Assembly: GCA_943358095.1 (NCBI GenBank)
Contig: CALRGT010000001.1
Span: 450 to 64,449 of the forward strand
DNA length: 64,000 bases
Source: an uncultured Candidatus Saccharimonas sp.
GTDB lineage: Bacteria > Patescibacteriota > Saccharimonadia > Saccharimonadales > AQU-01
Reading direction: 5' to 3'
The notes beneath the pieces are model-generated. The model was given only the letters and a program-made list of their open reading frames with translations, was not told the DNA's origin and made no database searches. Made by a program: the position numbers and the translations under genes. Positions 1-10,083 of the stretch are shown here, piece after piece. How positions within the stretch are numbered: the stretch's first letter is position 1; every line of letters starts with the position of its first letter.

Positions 1-72
1 CGTGAAGCAATGCGCTTAGCTGGACACAAGCTACCTGTTAAAACCAAATTCCTGATTAAGGAAGAGGCATAG
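1..72 (+). CDS. rplP: 50S ribosomal protein L16, C-terminal end (partial)
   Basis: Frame 1 reads REAMRLAGHKLPVKTKFLIKEEA*, the uL16 C-terminus, directly before rpmC. Confidence 0.93.
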   Translation, partial: REAMRLAGHKLPVKTKFLIKEEA

Positions 73-74
73 AT

Positions 75-275
75 ATGAAAGTTGTAGAAATCCGAAAATT
101 TGATACCGTGCAGCTCGCTAGCGAGAGCACAAAATTACGTGAAGAAATCGCTGATTTGCGACGTCGTTTACACATGGGCGAAGTTCAGAACAGTCGTTTA
201 CTACGCAACAAGCGTAAAGACCTAGCTAGAATGCTAACTGTTCTAAGCGAGCAACTTACAAAGGAGACCGCATAA
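75..275 (+). CDS. rpmC: 50S ribosomal protein L29
   Basis: RKDLARMLTVL motif; S10 operon position. Confidence 0.93.
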   Translation: MKVVEIRKFDTVQLASESTKLREEIADLRRRLHMGEVQNSRLLRNKRKDLARMLTVLSEQLTKETA

Positions 276-658
276 TGTCTAAAACACTAACCGGAATTGT
301 ATCTTCAAACGCAACTGATAAAACTATTGTAGTAACAGTTGATACTAAAAAGACTCACCCGATCTACAAGAAGCAGTACAAGTCTAGCAAACGATTTATG
401 GCTCATGACGAAAAGAATGAAGCTAAAGTTGGCGACACTGTATTACTTACCGAAACTCGTCCATTAAGCGCACGCAAACGACACGTACTTACCAGTATTA
501 TCAAGCATGCTGCAATATCAGCCGACAAAACTATCGATTCTATCATTAAATCTGAGCAAGTTGGTTCTAACGAACATCCACTAGCAAAAGAAAAAGTAGA
601 AGTTGAAGAAGTCGTAGCTGAAGTCAAGAAACCAGCAACTAAGAAGGTCGCAAAATGA
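275..658 (+). CDS. rpsQ: 30S ribosomal protein S17 with Lys/Glu/Val-rich C-terminal tail
   Basis: DKTIVV, HPIYKK, AHDE, ETRPLS motifs. Confidence 0.97.
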   Translation: MSKTLTGIVSSNATDKTIVVTVDTKKTHPIYKKQYKSSKRFMAHDEKNEAKVGDTVLLTETRPLSARKRHVLTSIIKHAAISADKTIDSIIKSEQVGSNEHPLAKEKVEVEEVVAEVKKPATKKVAK

Positions 659-1023
659 TTCAACAAGAAACCAGATTACTAGTTACAGATAACAGCGGTG
701 CCAAGGAAATCTTGTGCATTCGTGTACTCGGTGGTACTCGTCGCAGATACGCTCGCGTTGGTGACGTTATCGTTGCTACCGTTAAGCAGGCGAATCCAGC
801 TGGTGGCGTTAAGCGTAAGTCTGTCGTTAAGGCAGTTATTGTACGCACTCGCAGCGTCATCAAGCGAAAAGATGGTTCAACAATTCGTTTTGACGATAAC
901 GCAGCTGTTATTATCGACGATGCTAAGTTGCCAAAAGGTACTCGTATTTTTGGACCTGTTCCACGTGAACTACGAGATATGGGCTACGCTAAGATAATTT
1001 CACTCGCACCGGAGGTACTATAA
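655..1023 (+). CDS. rplN: 50S ribosomal protein L14
   Basis: [30 protein letters not shown]. Confidence 0.99.
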   Translation: MIQQETRLLVTDNSGAKEILCIRVLGGTRRRYARVGDVIVATVKQANPAGGVKRKSVVKAVIVRTRSVIKRKDGSTIRFDDNAAVIIDDAKLPKGTRIFGPVPRELRDMGYAKIISLAPEVL

Positions 1024-1370
1024 TGAGTACGAAAACAGCTAAGGCTACAATTTATAAGATCCGCTTGCAGAAAAACGATAACGTAATCGTTTTGGCAGGC
1101 AAGTACAAAGGCAAGACTGGCAAAGTTGTTGCAACTCACCCTTCACTTAACAAAGTGACTGTTGAAGGCGTAAACATCATCAAGAAACACCAGAAGCCTA
1201 ACAAAGAACATCCACAGGGTGCAATCCTTGAAATCACCAAGCCTATTTGGGTATCTAAAGTCGCAATCGTTGATCCTGCCACCAAAAAGGCCGCAAGAAT
1301 TGGATATGTTGTTAACAAAGAAGGCAAAAAAGTACGAGTATTTGTCGGTACTGGAAAGGAGATCAAATAA
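1023..1370 (+). CDS. rplX: 50S ribosomal protein L24
   Basis: KOW motif VIVLAGKYKGKTGKV, VEGVNI. Confidence 0.97.
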   Translation: MSTKTAKATIYKIRLQKNDNVIVLAGKYKGKTGKVVATHPSLNKVTVEGVNIIKKHQKPNKEHPQGAILEITKPIWVSKVAIVDPATKKAARIGYVVNKEGKKVRVFVGTGKEIK

Positions 1371-1942
1371 TGGCTACTAAAACCGCTCCAACTACAGCAA
1401 GACTTAAAGATCTCTACAATACCAAGTATGCAGCAGAACTTAAAAAAGAACTTAAGCTAACAAATCCTCACCAGGTACCAAAGTTGCACAAGATTGTGAT
1501 CAACATCGGTCTAGGGCGTGCTCAGGGCGACAAGAAGATGATGGAAGTTTCGACTAACACTATCCGTAAGATCACTGGTCAGCAACCTGTTCAAACAACA
1601 GCAAAGCAGTCAATCGCTGGATTTAAGCTAAGAGAAGGCACTAAAATCGGTCTTAAGGTTACTTTGAGAGACGATAGAATGTACGAATTCTTGGATCGTT
1701 TAATCACAATTGTATTGCCTCGCGTACGTGACTTCCATGGTGTTAAAGCAAAAGCGTTTGACGCTAACGGTAACTATAGTCTTGGATTACCAGATCAGTC
1801 AGTATTCCCAGAACTTACTTTTGAAGAAACAACAACATTACACGGTTTGCAGATCGTTATGGTTATTGATAACACTACGCCAGATAATTCCAAGGCGCTA
1901 CTAACTAAATTCGGTATGCCGTTCGAAAAGGAGAAAAAGTAA
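1370..1942 (+). CDS. rplE: 50S ribosomal protein L5
   Basis: [30 protein letters not shown]. Confidence 0.99.
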   Translation: MATKTAPTTARLKDLYNTKYAAELKKELKLTNPHQVPKLHKIVINIGLGRAQGDKKMMEVSTNTIRKITGQQPVQTTAKQSIAGFKLREGTKIGLKVTLRDDRMYEFLDRLITIVLPRVRDFHGVKAKAFDANGNYSLGLPDQSVFPELTFEETTTLHGLQIVMVIDNTTPDNSKALLTKFGMPFEKEKK

Positions 1943-2211
1943 TGGCTAAGAAATCTATGATCGCACGAGATTTGAAGCGAATTAGAATGATCGAACAATA
2001 TGCCGCTAAACGAGCTGAGCTTAAAGAACTCGGTGATTTAGAGGGCTTACACAAGTTGCCACGTAACTCTTCGCCTACTCGACGCAAGAACCGATGTAGT
2101 GAAAGTGGCCGACCGCGCGGATACATGCGCAGATTTGGTTTATCACGTCTATCATTCCGAGAACACGCCAGCAAGGGTGAAATCCCTGGTGTAACGAAAG
2201 CGAGTTGGTAA
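1942..2211 (+). CDS. rpsN: 30S ribosomal protein S14 (89-aa, zinc-independent type)
   Basis: [30 protein letters not shown]; only one Cys. Confidence 0.98.
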   Translation: MAKKSMIARDLKRIRMIEQYAAKRAELKELGDLEGLHKLPRNSSPTRRKNRCSESGRPRGYMRRFGLSRLSFREHASKGEIPGVTKASW

Positions 2212-2216
2212 TAATT

Positions 2217-2618
2217 ATGGCTATCATTTCAACAGATCCAGTAGCAGATATGCTCACAAGAATTCGTAATGCAATTGCAGTACGAAAACATCAGGTTTCA
2301 ATGCCTCACTCTAAGTTGAAGGAAGCAATTGCTCAACTTCTTCTAAAGAATGGTTTTATTGATAAAGTCGAAGTAGTAAGTGCTGAAGTAGGCAAGACGC
2401 TAATTGTAAACGTTAGCACTGCAGACACTAACGCTAAGATTACTGAACTTAAAAGATTAAGTACTCCTGGACGACGTGTTTACGCTAATTCCAACGACAT
2501 CCCAACCATTAAACACGGTCGAGGTATCGTCATCGTATCTACATCTAAAGGTTTATTGACAGGAAAAGAAGCTAAGGCCCAAGGCGTGGGCGGAGAGTTA
2601 TTGTGTACGGTTTACTAA
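2217..2618 (+). CDS. rpsH: 30S ribosomal protein S8
   Basis: DPVADMLTRIRNA, STSKG, GGELLC; ATG at 2217 preferred over upstream TTG. Confidence 0.98.
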   Translation: MAIISTDPVADMLTRIRNAIAVRKHQVSMPHSKLKEAIAQLLLKNGFIDKVEVVSAEVGKTLIVNVSTADTNAKITELKRLSTPGRRVYANSNDIPTIKHGRGIVIVSTSKGLLTGKEAKAQGVGGELLCTVY

Positions 2619-2619
2619 T

Positions 2620-3159
2620 ATGAGCAGAGTAGGAAGATCACCAATCAAAGTTCCAACCGGTGTCAGCGTAACATTTACGCCAGACATGATTACTGTTAGT
2701 GGCTCAAAAGGTACACTAGAACAGTTCACAATGCCCGACATTACAGTTACTCAAGAAGGCGATACAATCATCGTAGCTCGAGCTAACGACGAACCAAAGA
2801 TTCGTTCTAAGCACGGTTTAATGCGTGCTCTAGTACAGAACATGGTTACTGGTGTAACAGAAGGTTTTAGCAAGAAACTTGAAATTAACGGTGTAGGTTA
2901 CCGTGTTGCAGCTCAAGGTACTGATCTTAAGTTCAACTTAGGATTTTCGCACGATGTAATCTACAAAATGATTCCAGGCGTTAATGCAGCTATCGAACAG
3001 AACACTATCGTTATATCAGGAATTAGTCGTCAACAAGTTGGACAAGTTGCTGCTGAAATCAGAGCACTTAAGAAGCCAGAGCCTTATAAGGGCAAGGGTA
3101 TCAAGTATGCCGACGAAAGAATCATCCGTAAGAGCGGTAAGAGCGGGAAGGAAAAATAA
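2620..3159 (+). CDS. rplF: 50S ribosomal protein L6
   Basis: MSRVG, GVGYR, PEPYKGKGIKY. Confidence 0.99.
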   Translation: MSRVGRSPIKVPTGVSVTFTPDMITVSGSKGTLEQFTMPDITVTQEGDTIIVARANDEPKIRSKHGLMRALVQNMVTGVTEGFSKKLEINGVGYRVAAQGTDLKFNLGFSHDVIYKMIPGVNAAIEQNTIVISGISRQQVGQVAAEIRALKKPEPYKGKGIKYADERIIRKSGKSGKEK

Positions 3160-3515
3160 TGAATCGTTTAGCTAGAGTCCTACACACAAGTAAAATGCGC
3201 AAAAAGCGTGTCCGTTCTGTCGTAATCGGTACATCAGTTCGACCACGCCTAAGTATTAGCATTAGTAATCGACATGTATCAGCGCAAGTTATTGATGACA
3301 GCAAACATACTACTCTTGCCTACGTCACTACTGTTGGCAACAAAGCCGCTACAGGTACAATGACTGACAAAGCAGCCTGGGTTGGTTCAGAGATTGCTAA
3401 AAAAGCTATTGCTGCTAAGGTAACTTCCGTATCTTTTGATCGTAATGGTCGTTTATATCACGGAAGAGTACAGATGTTAGCAGATGCAGCCCGTAAATCA
3501 GGATTGGAGTTTTAA
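3159..3515 (+). CDS. rplR: 50S ribosomal protein L18
   Basis: RPRL, AQVIDD, FDRNGRLYHGRV, GLEF. Confidence 0.98.
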   Translation: MNRLARVLHTSKMRKKRVRSVVIGTSVRPRLSISISNRHVSAQVIDDSKHTTLAYVTTVGNKAATGTMTDKAAWVGSEIAKKAIAAKVTSVSFDRNGRLYHGRVQMLADAARKSGLEF

Positions 3516-4094
3516 ATGGCTACTACAGATCCACGCAGAATGACCGAAAATGCAGCTGAGGAAAAGCAATTTGACGAAAGAGTAGTTCACGTTGATCGTG
3601 TTGCTCGCGTTGTAAAGGGCGGTCGACGATTCCGTTTCCGTGCGTTAGTCGTAATTGGCGACCACAAAAACAAAGTTGGAATCGGTTCAGCTAAGGGTGC
3701 GGACGTAACAGCAGCTATTACTAAGGCTACTGAAAAAGCCAAGAAAACTCTCATCACTTTGTCTCTTTACAAAGGTACTCTACCTCACGAAGTTCAATCA
3801 AAAGTTGGTGGAGCAAACATTCTAATCAAACCAGCAAGTCCTGGTACAGGTCTTATCGCTGGTGGTGTTGTGCGAACAATCCTAGAAGTCGCTGGTGTAA
3901 GTAACGCTTTGTCTAAGTCAATTGGATCAAGCAACAAGACTAACACCGCTTATGCAACTATCGAAGCATTAAGCACTCTAGTGCCTGCAAAGAATTGGGT
4001 TACTTCTAAGAAAACAGCAAAAGTTGAGAAGACTGAAACTGTAGAGAAGGCACCAGCTAAACCAGTTGTTAAAGCCAAAAAGGCAGAGAAATAA
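3516..4094 (+). CDS. rpsE: 30S ribosomal protein S5
   Basis: RVARVVKGGRRFRFRALVVIGD, PGTGLIAGG. Confidence 0.99.
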   Translation: MATTDPRRMTENAAEEKQFDERVVHVDRVARVVKGGRRFRFRALVVIGDHKNKVGIGSAKGADVTAAITKATEKAKKTLITLSLYKGTLPHEVQSKVGGANILIKPASPGTGLIAGGVVRTILEVAGVSNALSKSIGSSNKTNTAYATIEALSTLVPAKNWVTSKKTAKVEKTETVEKAPAKPVVKAKKAEK

Positions 4095-4096
4095 TC

Positions 4097-4573
4097 ATGA
4101 AATATAACGATCTAAATCTAACAGCACATAAGAATCCAAAGCGAGTTGGTCGTGGTATTGCAGCCGGTCAAGGTAAAACTGCCGGTCGTGGTACTAAAGG
4201 TCAAAACTCTCGAGCTGGTAGCACAAGAAAGCTCGGCTTCGAAGGTGGTCAGAATCCACTAGCAAAGAGACTTCCTAAGTTGCGCGGTTTTACATCTCAC
4301 AGAACAGCTGCAGACAATATCTACACTGGTCAATTAGACGATCTCCCAACAGTTATCGATAACCAGGTATTGGCAGATGCCGGACTAGTTGCTAATCCTA
4401 ATACACGAGTTAAATTGATTCTAAAAGGCGATGTCACTAAAAAGCATACAGTAAGTTTGCAAGGTGCAAGTGCTGGAGCTATGACTGCTATTCAAAAAGC
4501 TGGCGGTAACTTCTTGCAGGTCAATCAAGTAGCTCGGCCTGCTACAGACAAAGACACAAAAGTACGTTCATAG
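4097..4573 (+). CDS. rplO: 50S ribosomal protein L15
   Basis: RVGRGIAAGQGKTAGRGTKGQ, FEGGQNPL. Confidence 0.99.
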   Translation: MKYNDLNLTAHKNPKRVGRGIAAGQGKTAGRGTKGQNSRAGSTRKLGFEGGQNPLAKRLPKLRGFTSHRTAADNIYTGQLDDLPTVIDNQVLADAGLVANPNTRVKLILKGDVTKKHTVSLQGASAGAMTAIQKAGGNFLQVNQVARPATDKDTKVRS

Positions 4574-4676
4574 CATCAGTCCTGCACTGATGTTCTAATT
4601 ACAGTATATTCACCGTTCCTTATGTGTCATAATAACACCTAGTAAATCGGGTATAGAGTTCAGAGGGAAGTATTTA

Positions 4677-6170
4677 ATGAGCTGGAAAACAATTTGGCAG
4701 TCACTTAAAAACAAAGACATGCGAAGCCGCATTTTAGCTGTGCTTGGTATGCTTTTGGTATTCCGTATATTTGCACATATTCCAGTTCCACTTAGCGACC
4801 CTAAAACACTCAAACAAGTGCTAGAAAACGTCTTTACATCCAGTCAAGCACCTCAGTTACTTAGCTTTATTAACGTACTGTCAGGCGGAGCACTCGAAAA
4901 CTTTTCAATCATGTTAGTTGGTATGGGCCCATACATAAACGCGTCTATCATTCTACAGCTGTTAACTAGAGCGATACCTAAACTTGAAGCTTTGAACAAA
5001 GAGGGTGAGTATGGTCGCAAGAAAATCAATCAATATACGAGGCTCCTCACACTCCCTCTAGCTATGGTTCAGTCTATTGGAGCTATTTATTTAGTTAAGC
5101 AGTCTGCATCTAGTTACGGCGGCATGGGCGATATCACAGCCAACACTACACCGATGCAGTGGGTTTTGATGGTGTCTGCACTTACGGGTGGATCGCTGAT
5201 CTTGATGTGGTTGGGTGAACTTATCACCGAAAAAAGTATCGGTAATGGTATCTCCTTAGTTATTACAGTTGGTATCGTCAGTAGTCTGCCAAAAACAGCC
5301 TCGTCACTATTTTCAGCAATTTATACTAAAACTAATCAGTGGGAGTTGTTCGGCTATAAGTTGCCTATTAGCAAAAAAGAGACTCTCTACAGTTTGATGA
5401 TCATTGGTATAGTTGTCGCCGTTACCGTATTTATTGTTAAGTTGAGCGAGGCTGCTAGAAAGATTACGGTCAATTATGCTAAGCGCGTTCAAGGTAACAG
5501 AAGCTATGGCGGCGTAACTACTATATTGCCAGTCAAATTAATCACTGCTGGAGTTATACCAATTATCTTTGCCGTAGCTTTCTTGAGTGTTCCTCAATTT
5601 GCTGGTCAATTAATGACAGGAATGTCCAATCCAAAGTACCAGTCGCTCGGCACGAAGTTAGTTAGCCTATTTCAGAACCCGAGTGTAGAATCTTTTCGTG
5701 CTGGAGGTTGGCAACCGTATCTTTATCCAATTGTATATTTTGTGTTAGTCGTTATCTTTACCTTTTTCTATACTGGCATCGCCTTTAATGCCAAGGAAAT
5801 CGCAGAAAACTTGCAGAAGCAAGGTGGTTTTATCGCCGACGTAAGATCTGGCCAGCACACCGAGAAGTACTTAGGTAAGTTGGTTAATCGTCTAACGTTC
5901 TTCGGAGCATTAGCTTTAGGCTTGCTAGCTCTACTACCTATCATTGCCCAGATCTTTTTAAAGACAAACATCACAATTGGCGGTACAAGTATTCTTATCT
6001 TGGTGTCTGTAGCTCTTGAAACTTTAAGACAAATCGAGTCACGAGCCCTCATGGTGACTTACGACCAGTATACTGAACCCGATTTCTTCTATGACTCTAG
6101 CGAACCAGCACTGGCTGCAACAGGTGCGCGAAGACTCAAGTATCTGCCAAAGATACGACGAAACAAATAG
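4677..6170 (+). CDS. secY: preprotein translocase subunit SecY
   Basis: GPYINASII, IGNGISL, AGVIPIIFA, GGTSILI; multiple TM segments. Confidence 0.99.
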   Translation: MSWKTIWQSLKNKDMRSRILAVLGMLLVFRIFAHIPVPLSDPKTLKQVLENVFTSSQAPQLLSFINVLSGGALENFSIMLVGMGPYINASIILQLLTRAIPKLEALNKEGEYGRKKINQYTRLLTLPLAMVQSIGAIYLVKQSASSYGGMGDITANTTPMQWVLMVSALTGGSLILMWLGELITEKSIGNGISLVITVGIVSSLPKTASSLFSAIYTKTNQWELFGYKLPISKKETLYSLMIIGIVVAVTVFIVKLSEAARKITVNYAKRVQGNRSYGGVTTILPVKLITAGVIPIIFAVAFLSVPQFAGQLMTGMSNPKYQSLGTKLVSLFQNPSVESFRAGGWQPYLYPIVYFVLVVIFTFFYTGIAFNAKEIAENLQKQGGFIADVRSGQHTEKYLGKLVNRLTFFGALALGLLALLPIIAQIFLKTNITIGGTSILILVSVALETLRQIESRALMVTYDQYTEPDFFYDSSEPALAATGARRLKYLPKIRRNK

Positions 6171-6186
6171 ACATATACGGTCAGTT

Positions 6187-6214
6187 TTGTAATATCACAG
6201 ATAAGTGCTATAAT
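6187..6214 (+). promoter_or_regulatory. putative sigma70 promoter for ORF 6223 (near-leaderless)
   Basis: TTGTAA-16nt-TATAAT with extended TG; ATG 8 nt after the -10 box. Confidence 0.55.
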
Positions 6215-6222
6215 AGCTTTAT

Positions 6223-7125
6223 ATGTCTAATATTGATCCCGAAACATTAGCTAGCATGAGTAGGCGCGAAATCTATTTTAACCAGCTATCGGCTGACGAT
6301 AAGCTCAATATTATATCTGAAGTTCCTAAAGAGTATGAGGCGTCTGGACTTGCAGGAGAGTCTACTAGAGCTCTCTTAGGTAGTGTTCATGGCCTTATTG
6401 AGAGCGGTGTAGGAAAAGCCCTTAAACACGACCCAAACAAAGAATTTCTTTATGAGCCTAGCGATGGAATAAATGATTTTTATGCCTATTCTAACATTGG
6501 CAAGATTGCAAGTAGGTTCGCCGTAAATGACACTTCTATGTCGACTTTCATGGTTGGTCGCGCCTATTCGCACGCTGCTAAAAAGGCCAATGTAAATGGT
6601 ATGCCAAATGTTGTGTATGGATTTGGAGCTAAAACTCATAATATACTCAAGATACTTCACGAGACTAACGATTCTAAATGGGATGGATTATCTGAAGAAG
6701 ATTATCTTGATGCCGCAACTAGTTCTGGAACATCAACAAGATTGTCGAACAGTAATATGGCAAGAAGTGTGTGGAGAAGTTCAAATACAGTTCAGTTACA
6801 AGAAGAACGCCCTTCAGATGAAGAGATCATAGCTCATAGACTTGATGTTGATAGCGATAATAGTGATGATGAATTAGTAAGCCCTAGTAGTGTAGTGAGT
6901 GATAGGCACTCCGACGATTACAGTGATAGCGATGATCGCCTAGATGCAGCAGTACTTATCAAAAATCTACCTTGGGATCGTTTAGACGAACGGCAAGCGA
7001 GCGTAGTCCATAGAATTAGTAACGGCGAGTCGTTGCAATCAATAGGCGATGATTTAGGCGTTTCCCGCGAACGAGTAAGACAGATTAACCTGAAGGCTAC
7101 AAGCCTTCTACGCAGCGGCAAGTAA
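6223..7125 (+). CDS. hypothetical protein with C-terminal sigma70 region-4 HTH
   Basis: C-terminus LDERQASVV...SLQSIGDDLGVSRERVRQI matches the sigma region 4.2 pattern; acidic linker; no recognisable region 2. Confidence 0.75.
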   Translation: MSNIDPETLASMSRREIYFNQLSADDKLNIISEVPKEYEASGLAGESTRALLGSVHGLIESGVGKALKHDPNKEFLYEPSDGINDFYAYSNIGKIASRFAVNDTSMSTFMVGRAYSHAAKKANVNGMPNVVYGFGAKTHNILKILHETNDSKWDGLSEEDYLDAATSSGTSTRLSNSNMARSVWRSSNTVQLQEERPSDEEIIAHRLDVDSDNSDDELVSPSSVVSDRHSDDYSDSDDRLDAAVLIKNLPWDRLDERQASVVHRISNGESLQSIGDDLGVSRERVRQINLKATSLLRSGK

Positions 7126-7242
7126 ATCAATTTCGCTAGCTTCATTGTGAAAATTATTATAGAAATACATATTAATTCGTGATATAGTCGATTTAACTAG
7201 CTCACGGGTAACAAGAGCGATTCTATTATGTAAATAAAAGTA

Positions 7243-7271
7243 TTTACAGATAACACTTTACTTGCTATAAT
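7243..7271 (+). promoter_or_regulatory. putative sigma70 promoter of infA-rpmJ-alpha operon
   Basis: TTTACA-17nt-TATAAT with extended TG. Confidence 0.6.
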
Positions 7272-7286
7272 TGTCATCTGTTATAT

Positions 7287-7505
7287 ATGGCAGCCAACAA
7301 GGAAGTGATAGAACTGGCCGGAACAGTGGTAGAGACCCTTCCAGGGACTCAGTTTCGAGTAGAACTAGAGAATGGCCACCAGATAATAGCTCACGTTGCC
7401 GGGAAAATGCGAAAGCATTTTATACGAATAGTACCTGGTGACAGCGTGACGGTTGAGTTGACTCCTTACGATCTTAGTAAGGGTAGAATCACCTATCGCA
7501 AATAG
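7287..7505 (+). CDS. infA: translation initiation factor IF-1
   Basis: [31 protein letters not shown]. Confidence 0.99.
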   Translation: MAANKEVIELAGTVVETLPGTQFRVELENGHQIIAHVAGKMRKHFIRIVPGDSVTVELTPYDLSKGRITYRK

Positions 7506-7569
7506 TGCGACCTTCCAAATATTAACTAAGCAGTGTGTTATGCACCCCGCAGTAAGGAGCATGATCCGC

Positions 7570-7686
7570 ATGAAAGTGCGTGCTAGCGTCAAAAAAATCA
7601 GTCCAGATGACATCGTAGTCCGCCGTAAAGGGCGAGTCTATATTATTAATAAGCTAAAACCAAAGCATAAACAGAGGCAGGGTTAA
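7570..7686 (+). CDS. rpmJ: 50S ribosomal protein L36 (Cys-free type); not in the ORF track
   Basis: Translates [38 protein letters not shown]; AAGGAG upstream; between infA and rpsM. Confidence 0.98.
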   Translation: MKVRASVKKISPDDIVVRRKGRVYIINKLKPKHKQRQG

Positions 7687-8073
7687 ATGGCACGTATATC
7701 TGGAGTAACAATTCCATCTGATAAGCAGGTACAAATATCCCTGACTTACGTTTATGGTATCGGCCCAAAAACAGCTCGTGACATTCTTGAAGCTACCAAA
7801 GTAGAACTTACTTTGCGTGCTAAAGACTTGACCGATGCTGAAATCAGCCGCATCCAAGATCTAATTAACGAGAAATATACAGTTGAAGGCGAACTTCAAA
7901 GAATAGTTACCGGCAACATCAAGCGCCTAAAGGATATCAATTCTTACCGCGGCCTACGCCACAAAGCAAACTTACCTAGTCGCGGCCAAAGAACCAAGAC
8001 TAACGCACGCACACGTCGTGGTAAAAAAGTTACAGTTGGTGGAACAGCTAAAAAAGCAGCGACTAAGACATAA
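7687..8073 (+). CDS. rpsM: 30S ribosomal protein S13
   Basis: MARISGV, YGIG, YRGLRH, RGQRTKTNARTR. Confidence 0.99.
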   Translation: MARISGVTIPSDKQVQISLTYVYGIGPKTARDILEATKVELTLRAKDLTDAEISRIQDLINEKYTVEGELQRIVTGNIKRLKDINSYRGLRHKANLPSRGQRTKTNARTRRGKKVTVGGTAKKAATKT

Positions 8074-8092
8074 GGATTTATAAGAATATATT

Positions 8093-8491
8093 ATGGCAGA
8101 CGAACCAGTAGTAGCAGTAAAGAAAAAGAAGAGCAAGAGATCAGTTCCATTTGGTCAAATGCACGTATTTGCGTCATTTAACAACACGATCGTTACTTTT
8201 ACAGACGCCCAAGGCGGCGCACTAACAGCAGCAAGTGCTGGTAGCTGTGGTTTCCGAGGTTCTAAAAAAGGAACAGCTTATGTTGCACAAGTTGCAGCAG
8301 AAAAAGCCGGTCAAGCTGCTAAACAGCAATACGGACTAAATAAAGTTGATGTATATGTCAAGGGTATTGGTCTTGGACGAGAAGCAGCAGTTCGTGCTTT
8401 GATAAGTCTAGACATTGCCGTTGAGAGCATCAAAGATGTAACCGGTATACCTCATGGTGGTGTACGGCCGCCGAAAGCAAGGAGAGTCTAG
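8093..8491 (+). CDS. rpsK: 30S ribosomal protein S11
   Basis: [25 protein letters not shown]. Confidence 0.98.
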   Translation: MADEPVVAVKKKKSKRSVPFGQMHVFASFNNTIVTFTDAQGGALTAASAGSCGFRGSKKGTAYVAQVAAEKAGQAAKQQYGLNKVDVYVKGIGLGREAAVRALISLDIAVESIKDVTGIPHGGVRPPKARRV

Positions 8492-8493
8492 TT

Positions 8494-9117
8494 ATGGCAC
8501 GTGATACAAGATCAATCGTAAAGATGAGTCGCCGAGAAGGTTATGCTCTACACCCTAAAGCTCACAAGGCTCTAGCTAAGCGCACAACTATGCCTGGACA
8601 GCCAGCAAACTCTCGTGGGCCACGAAACAAAGCTAGCCAGTACTCACTACAGTTGCGTGAGAAACAAAAAGTTAAGCGCTTATATGGCTTGCTTGAGAAG
8701 CAGTTTAGTAACTTGATGAAAGAGGCGTCTCGACGTCAAGGTCAATCAGGCGAAAATCTACTACACCTTTTAGAGCTAAGATTAGATAACGCTATCTACC
8801 GAAGCGGACTTGCAGTAAGTCGCCGAGCAGCACGACAACTAGCAACTCACGGGCATTTTATGCTTAACGGTCGCCGAGTTGACATTCCATCAATCAGAAT
8901 GAAGGAAGGTGACGTACTTATCGCTCGACCAAAGAGCACCAAAAGTGAATACTTTAAGAGAATAGACGAAGTTAGTCCTGCCAACCCTGACGCAATTCCA
9001 GCGTGGCTCAAAGTTGATCGTAAGAAACTACAAATTACCATCACTGGTCTACCAAGTAGAGACGATGCTGAACCAGATATTAATGAACAACTAATAGTCG
9101 AATATTACTCACGTTAA
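8494..9117 (+). CDS. rpsD: 30S ribosomal protein S4
   Basis: QLREKQKVK, LELRLDN, INEQLIVEYYSR. Confidence 0.99.
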   Translation: MARDTRSIVKMSRREGYALHPKAHKALAKRTTMPGQPANSRGPRNKASQYSLQLREKQKVKRLYGLLEKQFSNLMKEASRRQGQSGENLLHLLELRLDNAIYRSGLAVSRRAARQLATHGHFMLNGRRVDIPSIRMKEGDVLIARPKSTKSEYFKRIDEVSPANPDAIPAWLKVDRKKLQITITGLPSRDDAEPDINEQLIVEYYSR

Positions 9118-9135
9118 GGGAGGTAAGGAAAAATT

Positions 9136-10080
9136 ATGTCAAAAATGATTCACACACCAGGACTCGTCAAAATTGACGACCACAACGATTCATCAGCAAC
9201 ATTCGTAATTGAACCATTGCATACTGGTTACGGTATGACTCTGGGTAACTCAATGCGACGCGTATTGCTATCTAGCATTGCTGGTGCAGCAGTTACAGCT
9301 TTCAAGGTTGACGGTGCCACACACGAGTTCACTACTGTCCCTTACGTCAAGGAAGACTTAGTTGACATCATGTTGAACCTCAAAAACATTAGATTCCGAG
9401 TATTTGGAGACGAACCTCAGATTATCCGTCTAACAAAGTCTGGTAAAGGCGTTGTCACAGCCGGTGATATCACTGTTAATGCAGACGTCGAAATCGTTAA
9501 CCCAGACCAAATTATTGCAACCTTAGACGACAGCAAAGCTAAGCTAGTCATGGACTTACAGGTTGAAGTTGGCCGTGGATATCGAACAGTCGAAGAAGGT
9601 GCTGAAAAGCGACACAGCGACATGATTGCTGTTGATGCTATCTTTAGCCCAGTTCTAAGAGTTCGTTATAAGGTAGAAAACACGCGTGTCGGACAAATGA
9701 CCGATCTAGACAAGCTATTGATCACAATAGATACAGACGCATCAATTACACCACGCGAAGCTTTTGAAGAAGCATCAGCAATTCTTGTTAACCAATACAC
9801 AGCACTAGCTGGTCAAACTACAGTCGACAACGGCTCTAGCAGCGCAGCAACTGGTACTGGAAGTGTTACAAATGCTGATGGAGACGACTCATCTGAACTC
9901 ATGACTTCTATTGAAGACTTGAACTTGACTGCTCGTACGACTAACGCATTGATCAATAACGAAATTCATACACTTAAAGATTTATTTAGCTTAAGCGACA
10001 GTGAGTTACGCGACCTTAAAGGTTTCGGAAACAAAGCCCTCGACGAAGTTAAGGATAAATTAGCGGAGTTGGAGCTTTAA
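9136..10080 (+). CDS. rpoA: RNA polymerase subunit alpha
   Basis: EPLHTGYGMTLGNSMRRVLLSS, DAIFSPV, alpha-CTD. Confidence 0.99.
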   Translation: MSKMIHTPGLVKIDDHNDSSATFVIEPLHTGYGMTLGNSMRRVLLSSIAGAAVTAFKVDGATHEFTTVPYVKEDLVDIMLNLKNIRFRVFGDEPQIIRLTKSGKGVVTAGDITVNADVEIVNPDQIIATLDDSKAKLVMDLQVEVGRGYRTVEEGAEKRHSDMIAVDAIFSPVLRVRYKVENTRVGQMTDLDKLLITIDTDASITPREAFEEASAILVNQYTALAGQTTVDNGSSSAATGTGSVTNADGDDSSELMTSIEDLNLTARTTNALINNEIHTLKDLFSLSDSELRDLKGFGNKALDEVKDKLAELEL

Positions 10081-10083
10081 ACC

